DNA of 64,000 nucleotides from Bacteroidales bacterium (GTDB lineage Bacteria > Bacteroidota > Bacteroidia > Bacteroidales > UBA932). The notes beneath the pieces are model-generated. The model was not told where the DNA came from, made no database searches, and was given only the letters and a program-made list of their open reading frames with translations. The DNA lies in contig JAFVQD010000010.1 in NCBI GenBank assembly GCA_017504965.1, forward strand, positions 761 to 64,760, in the 5' to 3' direction. A program made the translations under genes and the position numbers. Below are positions 47,791 through 53,502 of the stretch, piece by piece. The number at the start of each line of letters is the position of its first letter. Positions within the stretch are counted from its first letter, which is position 1.

Positions 47791-48138
47791 GTAATTTTGT
47801 CGTGTATCACTATCAAGGACAACGATTTGTTTAACCTTAAACGAAGCAATATTTGTGCCCAAGCATAGGACAGTTTGTTGTGAAAATTTTACCTATTACC
47901 TTGACTTTTTCTCAGTTAGACTATATTTATTATAGAGACTGCAATGACTATGTAGTGTATATCTATTTTGATAGGAATTATGGTATAACCACAGAAACGA
48001 TGTCTCACAGCAGACACGTGAGAAACAGAGCATCGCCCACCAAGGACGTAAACACAGCAATGACACTAAACAGAAGATTAGCAAGGCGATGTGCGACTAT
48101 TGGGCGAAACTCCCTATGAAGCCGATTGACAAAATGAA

Positions 48139-49041
48139 TTAGATGTAGCCTTTCAGAAAGTCTAAGGGTAGGCCCAACATTCTTGAAATCTGTTTGGGTG
48201 TGGAGTAATATTCGTAGCGTAGTTTTCTTGCAAGTGTCAGACGGTTCTGGATGTTTAGTAACCTGATATCAGAGATGCCAAAAATATTTTCAGATAAGTT
48301 CAAAACGATAGGTCTTAACTCTTTATCTATAATATACGTCTGCCGTCCATTTTGAAGTTCTTGATCAATATCTCCCTCCACTTTTTTTGCCAAGAAGTAA
48401 TTGTATCGGGTGGGGGTCTTGAAAAGTTTTTCCAGTTTGTCATAAAAGACAAAGTCTATTGGATTCAGCATTCCATCAGATAGGACTCTCCAGGACAGGG
48501 GTAGTTCGATATGGCTATTGAGGATAACCCGTTGTTCCCTTTTGGAGTATTCTGATAGTTTCGTCCCGCCTATAGAGTGTTTGTCTTTAAATAAATACCG
48601 TGCTGATCCCCACTTGTATTCAGAAGAGAGGTATGGATAGCTTGTCCTTGTGATGTTTCTGTCTATGTATGATGCAACATTTAGGATGTGTTCCTCAGAT
48701 CTTAATCTGATTATATGTGCCGGTAGCTTATTTACAAAGCCGTTCAGATTGTACTTTTGTTTTATCCATCTTCCTGTCAGCTGTTTATATTTGTTTATGA
48801 AATGTTTACATTCTGGAAGGGTGCCGAAGATAAGAAAGTGTACGTGGTTATCCATTAGAACAAATGAATAAAGGTGTGTGCCGGTGATATGTACACATAT
48901 GCCTATTCTGTTAATCCCAGCAATAAAGTCATCATCATCTTTGAATAGCCAATCAATCTTGGTCCCGTCTGTACAGATGTGAAAAAAAGATTTCTCCACC
49001 ATAGTCATAATTTGGATATTTGGCCCGTTCATTCCCTTCAT
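48139..49041 (-). CDS. HUH/Y1 nuclease (IS200/RAYT-like transposase fold) fused to a C-terminal DnaA-C-like HTH domain
   Basis: HUH motif in FVLMDNHVHFLIF. Catalytic-Tyr helix ASYIDRNITRTSYPYLSSEYKWGSARY (compare YIHxNP...Y.WSS of RAYTs). C-terminal LARKLRYEYYSTPKQISRMLGL is an HTH. At about 300 aa it is longer than IS200 TnpA. Confidence 0.75.
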   Translation of the reverse strand: MKGMNGPNIQIMTMVEKSFFHICTDGTKIDWLFKDDDDFIAGINRIGICVHITGTHLYSFVLMDNHVHFLIFGTLPECKHFINKYKQLTGRWIKQKYNLNGFVNKLPAHIIRLRSEEHILNVASYIDRNITRTSYPYLSSEYKWGSARYLFKDKHSIGGTKLSEYSKREQRVILNSHIELPLSWRVLSDGMLNPIDFVFYDKLEKLFKTPTRYNYFLAKKVEGDIDQELQNGRQTYIIDKELRPIVLNLSENIFGISDIRLLNIQNRLTLARKLRYEYYSTPKQISRMLGLPLDFLKGYI

Positions 49042-49137
49042 ATCAACCTTCCACCCGGGCTGATTGGTGGATTATTGAATGTGTTACAAATTTTGGAAAA
49101 GAATTCTGGATATCCAAATTAATTTTTGATTGGGGTT

Positions 49138-49257
49138 CAGCAGATTGGGAGCACTTTTCTGTCAGTATAAAGGTTTTGTGCTCCTAATCCCTCAAGCCCT
49201 TGAGGGATTGGGCACGGATATGTGAGTTTTTCTTGTATTTGTGCTCCCAATCTGCTG
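49138..49257. repeat. Nested palindromic element: a 17-bp perfect inverted repeat enclosing a long imperfect hairpin
   Basis: CAGCAGATTGGGAGCAC (49138-49154) is the exact reverse complement of GTGCTCCCAATCTGCTG (49241-49257). The inner hairpin at 49178-49215 has a perfect core, AATCCCTCAAG/cc/CTTGAGGGATT. Confidence 0.9.
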
Positions 49258-49302
49258 TGTGGGAGATATCACAGTTTTGATAATGCGTTGCTGAGTGCCT
49301 TC

Positions 49303-49406
49303 GGGATTGAGGCTCTGCCATTCCCTTTGGGATTTGGCCGCTGGCATTCCCTTTGGGATTGAGGCTCTGCCATTCCCTTCGGGATTGGGCCTCTGGCATT
49401 CCCCTG
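49303..49406. repeat. Four tandem copies of a 26-bp unit (GGGATTGAGGCTCTGCCATTCCCTTT consensus)
   Basis: Units lie at 49303-49328, 49329-49354, 49355-49380 and 49381-49406. Units 1 and 3 differ at 1 of 26 positions (the last base, t versus c). Units 2 and 4 are variants. They share the GGGATTG motif with the palindrome arms upstream. Confidence 0.9.
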
Positions 49407-49508
49407 ACGCTCGCCGCGGGGCCCTTGCAGAAACAGGCCGCGTGCTGCGCACACTTTTTTGTACCTTTCCGTCGCTTGAAAGCAAGCTTTCAGCGCCGTT
49501 CAGATACA

Positions 49509-49537
49509 AAAAAACCGGATGATTTGCATCATCCGGC
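49509..49537 (-). terminator. Intrinsic terminator after tRNA-Ser
   Basis: Hairpin ccggatgat/ttgc/atcatccgg, followed on the minus strand by T7. Confidence 0.8.
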
Positions 49538-49546
49538 CTATTTCTG

Positions 49547-49633
49547 CGGTGAGAGGGGGATTCGAACCCCCGGTACGGTTACCCGTACGTCAGTTTAGCA
49601 AACTGGTGGTTTAAGCCACTCACCCATCTCACC
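49547..49633 (-). tRNA. tRNA-Ser (anticodon GCT), class II with a long variable arm
   Basis: The reverse complement is GGTGAGATGGGTGAGTGGCTTAAACCACCAGTTTGCTAAACTGACGTACGGGTAACCGTACCGGGGGTTCGAATCCCCCTCTCACCG. Acceptor GGTGAGA/TCTCACC, anticodon loop TT-GCT-AA, variable arm GTACGG/CCGTAC. Confidence 0.92.
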
Positions 49634-49651
49634 TTCCTCGGTTTGGGAATG

Positions 49652-49659
49652 CAAAGTTA
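49652..49659 (-). promoter_or_regulatory. Bacteroidota -7 promoter box (TAACTTTG) for tRNA-Ser
   Basis: The reverse complement of caaagtta is TAACTTTG, 19 nt upstream of the tRNA 5' end. Confidence 0.6.
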
Positions 49660-49710
49660 GAAATTTATTCGGTTAGAGCAAAAAATATTTTGAAATAAAA
49701 AATTAATGTC

Positions 49711-49718
49711 TACCTTTG
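49711..49718 (+). promoter_or_regulatory. Bacteroidota -7 promoter box (TACCTTTG) for tRNA-Pro
   Basis: TACCTTTG lies 11 nt upstream of the tRNA 5' end, back to back with the tRNA-Ser promoter. Confidence 0.6.
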
Positions 49719-49728
49719 CATCCGCTTT

Positions 49729-49802
49729 CGGGATGTGGCGCAGTTGGCTAGCGCACCTGCTTTGGGAGCAGGGGGTCCTCCGTTCGAGTCGGAGTATCCC
49801 GA
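49729..49802 (+). tRNA. tRNA-Pro (anticodon TGG)
   Basis: CGGGATGTGGCGCAGTTGGCTAGCGCACCTGCTTTGGGAGCAGGGGGTCCTCCGTTCGAGTCGGAGTATCCCGA. Acceptor CGGGATG/TATCCCG, anticodon stem CCTGC/GCAGG with loop TT-TGG-GA. Confidence 0.92.
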
Positions 49803-49840
49803 CAAAAAAAGGCTTAATCGTTGAGATTGAGCCTTTTTTG
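49803..49840 (+). terminator. Intrinsic terminator after tRNA-Pro
   Basis: aaaaaaaggcttaatc/gttga/gattgagcc hairpin (8 of 9 bp) followed by TTTTTT. Confidence 0.7.
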
Positions 49841-49860
49841 TTTATATATTTAACAATATC

Positions 49861-49991
49861 GGGGGCAGAATGGATGATTTTGCCCCCAATTGTTATCAAT
49901 ATGTGTTATTCGGGGGCAAATATGCCCTTTCTGCCCCCGAATGGAGTTAATTGTGGATCTTTCGGGGCAGAGGAGCCAGTTTTGTCCCCGA
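49861..49991. repeat. Three related hairpins (TCGGGGGCA...TGCCCCCGA) spaced about 50 bp apart
   Basis: H1 at 49861-49887 (GGGGGCA/TGCCCCC). H2 at 49910-49940 (TCGGGGGCA/TGCCCCCGA, perfect 9 bp). H3 at 49962-49991 (TCGGGG/CCCCGA). Loops are 12-18 nt. The spacers share an AATTGT motif. Confidence 0.85.
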
Positions 49992-50007
49992 GTGTAAACG
50001 GTATATA

Positions 50008-50036
50008 TAAAAAGGCACCCGTAAGGTGCCCTTTAT
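50008..50036 (-). terminator. Intrinsic terminator after floA
   Basis: Hairpin ggcacc/cgtaa/ggtgcc, with a T-run on the minus strand (plus-strand aaaaa at 50009-50013). Confidence 0.7.
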
Positions 50037-50074
50037 GTATGGTTGCCCCCCGGTCAGGCCGGGATGATTGCTTA

Positions 50075-51028
50075 TTATTTCGCAATATTCTCTCGCATAT
50101 CGGTATCGGCCTGGATGTTCTTGATTTTGTAGTAGTCCATAATGCCGAGGTTTCCGCTGCGGAATGCATCTGCCATCGCCAGAGGGATCTCTTTCTCTGC
50201 CTCGATTACTTTTGCACGGGCCTCTTGTGCTTTGGCCTTCATCTCCTGTTCCAGAGCGACTGCCATTGCCCTTTTCTCCTCAGCGCGTGCCTGAGCGATG
50301 TTTTTATCTGCATTTGCCTGGTCGATCTGAAGTACGGCACCGATATTCTTTCCGATGTCGATATCAGCTATATCGATAGAGAGGATCTCAAATGCTGTAC
50401 CTGCGTCAAGTCCTTTGGCCAATACTACTTTAGATATTGAATCAGGGTTTTCAAGTACCTGTTTGTGCGATTCTGCAGATCCGATGCTTGATACGATACC
50501 TTCACCTACACGTGCGAGAACTGTATCTTCTCCGGCACCACCCACAAGCTGTTTGATGTTGGCCCTTACTGTCACGCGGGCTTTAGCGATCAGCTGGATA
50601 CCGTCTTTAGCTACAGCGGTCACAGGTGGAGTGTTGATTACTTTAGGATTTACAGACATTTGCACAGCCTCAAATACATCACGTCCTGCCAGGTCGATGG
50701 CTGCTGCCATTTTGAAATCAAGGGCGATGTTCGCTTTGTCTGCCGAAATGAGAGCATTTACGACATTTGGTACATTGCCTTTAGCGAGGTAGTGTGCCTC
50801 AAGTGCGTTGGCGTCAAGTTTGATGCCGGCCTTGGTTCCTGTGATCATTGCCATCACAATAGTTCCGGGAGGGACTTTTCTCCAGCGCATAAGGATAAGC
50901 TGGAGAAGTGATATCCTCACACCTGATATAAGTGCTTGAAACCAGAGTGCTACAGGGAAGAACCATAATAGGATGATGAGGGCCACCAATGAGATGGCTG
51001 CCCAGATAATGATACTGGTAAGTTCCAT
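50075..51028 (-). CDS. floA: Flotillin-like protein FloA (SPFH domain, YqfA/UPF0365)
   Basis: Near-colinear with B. subtilis YqfA: [101 protein letters not shown]. Confidence 0.93.
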   Translation of the reverse strand: MELTSIIIWAAISLVALIILLWFFPVALWFQALISGVRISLLQLILMRWRKVPPGTIVMAMITGTKAGIKLDANALEAHYLAKGNVPNVVNALISADKANIALDFKMAAAIDLAGRDVFEAVQMSVNPKVINTPPVTAVAKDGIQLIAKARVTVRANIKQLVGGAGEDTVLARVGEGIVSSIGSAESHKQVLENPDSISKVVLAKGLDAGTAFEILSIDIADIDIGKNIGAVLQIDQANADKNIAQARAEEKRAMAVALEQEMKAKAQEARAKVIEAEKEIPLAMADAFRSGNLGIMDYYKIKNIQADTDMRENIAK

Positions 51029-51040
51029 ATTTATAGGTTT

Positions 51041-51508
51041 TTAGTTGTTTGCTTTTTTGACAAATATCTTGTGGTCTTCTATCTTGGAGATGACCACTTT
51101 TTCTTTAGGGGAGATAATTCCCTCTTCTGAGGTGACCTCTACAGTGGTCCCATCAAATTCGGCTTTACCCATAGGTGCCAGTCTGGTGTATGATTCACCC
51201 TCCTGACCTATAGAGAGACCTTTCTCTTCAGGTTTGTCATCTATGCGACTCTCTATTTTGGTCTCAAGAGAGAGTTTCTTCCAGGTTTTGGCTCTGAGCA
51301 GCAGAAGTGTTGCCACTACCAGCAATGCTATATTCACCAAAAAGATAATGATGCTGACTGTAGGGCTGATATTGGTGTATGCCAAGTAGCAGGAGCCCAC
51401 GATAGATCCCAAACCAAGCAGTCCGGTGAATATGGTTCCGGGGATAAAGAGAAGTTCTGCGAGTACCAGAATATCACCCAAAAGGAGTAAAAAAATGATC
51501 AGTCCCAT
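51041..51508 (-). CDS. NfeD family membrane protein (FloA partner)
   Basis: Three N-terminal TM helices, then the C-terminal OB-fold block G.S.T.LAPMGKAEFDG..VEV.SE...I....V.I. It lies immediately upstream of floA, as in yqeZ-yqfA operons. Confidence 0.8.
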   Translation of the reverse strand: MGLIIFLLLLGDILVLAELLFIPGTIFTGLLGLGSIVGSCYLAYTNISPTVSIIIFLVNIALLVVATLLLLRAKTWKKLSLETKIESRIDDKPEEKGLSIGQEGESYTRLAPMGKAEFDGTTVEVTSEEGIISPKEKVVISKIEDHKIFVKKANN

Positions 51509-51516
51509 ATATGTCG

Positions 51517-53382
51517 TTATTTTTTGATTGGTTCTACAGACATCCCCTCTACGCCGAGCCCGAACAGGAGATTCTTAAGGTTGTCGGCCTCACTTTTGCT
51601 GGCAAAAGGACCTACCATATACACAGTCTGTCCATCGATTACAGTTTTGGCCAGATCTTTATCACAGGCACCTCTGATAGCGGTCAATATGCCGCTTGGT
51701 ATGCCGTCAGGGTAGCTCTTCAGAACTACTTGATATGAGGCGTTCATCTGGGCTGCACCCGATTTTTCAAGCACACGGGCATTTTTTACTGAGATAGATT
51801 TGCCATTGTTGTATGCTACGATGTATGCCTTGGGGAATCCCCTTTTGCGTACCTGGTTAAGGTATTTGAGTGCTTCAGCGTGGGTACCCCACAAACCCAC
51901 TGTGTAGAGATATTTGCCGGAAGGCTGTTTCCTTTCGAAGATAGGACTCATCCCTTTGAAAGGTTTTTTGCCGGCTTTGTTGGATACCACCATCAGCTGA
52001 ATCTGGTAGACAAGTCCCTCTGGGAGGGTGTTGTCCTCGGCAAACTGTGCTTCGTCCAGGATTTTGAATGAGTAGTCAAATGCAGGCTCAGGCACTTCGA
52101 TGTTCATCTCTACCATATCCCTGTATGAGTGCTCCGCAAAAACATATTTGGGGACTACTATCTCAGGCTCCTGACGGGACTCATCGTTCTCCTCTGCTAT
52201 AGGCTGAGGGATAATCCCTTTGGCCAGAAACTCCATTTCGGCAGCCTGCACCTGGGCACTTGCCTTGTCCAGACGGCTCTTTATATCGTATGCTGCTGTC
52301 TCCAGCTCGGTAAGGTCACTTTTTATAAATTCCCTGTCATCTTCGTTGGTCACCCTTCCATACAGGGCTCTGAGGCTCTCCTGCTCCGCAATGTTTTTGT
52401 CCAGCTCCTTGCTCAGCAGTCGCATATTGGCCACAAGCTTTGCGTAGTCGCTCATCCCCTCATCTTGGGGCTTGTGCACCTCTTTTACAGGCTCCCTCTC
52501 CTTAAGGGTGAGCTTGGAGCTGTTAAGCTTCGCAATCTGCTGAATCTCATCGATATCGCTCAGCTCTTTCTTAATGGCGGTAGGGACATATTCCAATATG
52601 TGGAGAATGATGTTCTGGCCATCGGATGAGCCTCGGTCTGATACGATGACGGAGTGGTGGCCGTCGGGCGAATTGATGTAGAAAATGTCATCCGCAGTGG
52701 ATGAGTATGGAAATCCCAGGTTTTCAGGAATTCCCCAGTCCTGCAGCTCTTCATCCCAATGGCTGACATAGAGGTCGAAGCCCCCCATTCCATAGTGTCC
52801 GTTGGATGCGAAGTAGAGCTCCTTCCCGTTTGCGCTGAGCATAGGGAATATCTCATCCCCGGCAGATGTCAGGTTTTCGCTCAGGATTCTGGGCTCTGCC
52901 CAAAGGGTGTCCGATATCTGGGTGGTCTGGTATATGTTCCACGACCCAGAATTGTCCGGTGCCGAGTAGTAAATGGTCTTGGCCCCTTCGGGGAAATAGA
53001 TTGCATTATAATATGGGTGAGGACGCTCCGCTACCAATGGGTTAGGAATCTGCATCCAGGATTTGTCCTGAAGCCCGGAGATGTGGAGGTAGAAGCTTTC
53101 CAGAGGGTACTGCTCTTTGGCCTGAACAGCAGGTGTGACGGCAAATTTAAGAAGGCTTATTCCGTTCTCGCACTGGATGATCCGCTCCTCTACTTCAAGA
53201 GAGAGGGTAGAGTCTGCACCGGAGTTGAGAATCTGGTTATATATGCCGATAGCCTCTTCAAACCTGTACTCGAGATGAAGGTCTGTCCCCTTCTTCAGGA
53301 GCTCTTCGGTCTGTGAAAACGCTATATTTGGAAGCAGTATAAGTGTTAGGTAAAGTATTTTCTTTGAAATCTTTGTTCTCAT
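51517..53382 (-). CDS. Secreted protein with an N-terminal TPR-like segment, PD40/TolB-like beta-propeller repeats and two C-terminal SPOR domains
   Basis: Signal peptide KKILYLTLILLPNIAFSQ. PD40-type repeats (AGDEIFPMLSANGKELYFASNGHYGMGGFDLYVS; ADDIFYINSPDGHHSVIVSDR). SPOR-like YQIQLMVVSNKAG...GLWGTHAEALKYLNQVRKRGFPKAYIVAY and YQVVLKSY...VGPFASKSEADNL. The start was set at the ATG at 53382. Confidence 0.65.
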   Translation of the reverse strand: MRTKISKKILYLTLILLPNIAFSQTEELLKKGTDLHLEYRFEEAIGIYNQILNSGADSTLSLEVEERIIQCENGISLLKFAVTPAVQAKEQYPLESFYLHISGLQDKSWMQIPNPLVAERPHPYYNAIYFPEGAKTIYYSAPDNSGSWNIYQTTQISDTLWAEPRILSENLTSAGDEIFPMLSANGKELYFASNGHYGMGGFDLYVSHWDEELQDWGIPENLGFPYSSTADDIFYINSPDGHHSVIVSDRGSSDGQNIILHILEYVPTAIKKELSDIDEIQQIAKLNSSKLTLKEREPVKEVHKPQDEGMSDYAKLVANMRLLSKELDKNIAEQESLRALYGRVTNEDDREFIKSDLTELETAAYDIKSRLDKASAQVQAAEMEFLAKGIIPQPIAEENDESRQEPEIVVPKYVFAEHSYRDMVEMNIEVPEPAFDYSFKILDEAQFAEDNTLPEGLVYQIQLMVVSNKAGKKPFKGMSPIFERKQPSGKYLYTVGLWGTHAEALKYLNQVRKRGFPKAYIVAYNNGKSISVKNARVLEKSGAAQMNASYQVVLKSYPDGIPSGILTAIRGACDKDLAKTVIDGQTVYMVGPFASKSEADNLKNLLFGLGVEGMSVEPIKK

Positions 53383-53452
53383 AATTCTTCGCGTCAAATC
53401 ATAAAAATACCCAACAAAAATACTAAATACTTTATATATTAGAAAAAAATAG

Positions 53453-53460
53453 TACTTTTG
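53453..53460 (+). promoter_or_regulatory. Bacteroidota -7 promoter box (TACTTTTG) for secDF
   Basis: TACTTTTG lies 43 nt upstream of the ATG at 53503. Confidence 0.5.
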
Positions 53461-53502
53461 TACCCTTATTTTGAAAACTAAATAATTTTAAGATAAACAG
53501 AT

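Noticed and set aside
48091-48130. GTGCGAC… resembling the GUGYG 5' end of a group II intron.
   Set aside because: There is no reverse transcriptase/maturase ORF and no domain V/VI-like sequence downstream. The next 900 bp are the minus-strand Y1 nuclease gene. A 5-nt match is not significant.
49130-49460. Whether the structured region is a known housekeeping RNA (RNase P RNA, tmRNA, 6S, SRP RNA).
   Set aside because: None of the signature sequences I know are present. I looked for GAGGAAAGTCC and ACAGAA.CCGGCTTA of RNase P, the tRNA-like 3' end plus tag ORF of tmRNA, and the SRP domain IV motif. Only a cmscan could settle this formally.
49184-49598. A cluster of overlapping 60-105-aa ORFs on both strands with repetitive peptides (…PKGMAEPQSRR…, …GIPFGIEALPFPSGLGLWHS…).
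   Set aside because: They run straight through the 26-bp tandem array and palindromes. The periodic peptide repeats are a by-product of the DNA repeat. All frames are open at once, there are no sensible starts, and some run into the tRNA-Ser gene.
49303-49991. Possible CRISPR array (regularly spaced repeats near the tRNAs).
   Set aside because: The 26-bp units are contiguous, with no spacers. The three hairpins have only about 20-nt partially similar spacers and diverged repeats. No cas genes or leader-like region occur anywhere in the window.
49706-50440. A 244-aa plus-strand ORF.
   Set aside because: It starts inside the tRNA-Pro promoter and gene, crosses the hairpin repeats and then runs antisense to the strongly supported floA gene. 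The peptide is low-complexity and Cys/Leu-rich.
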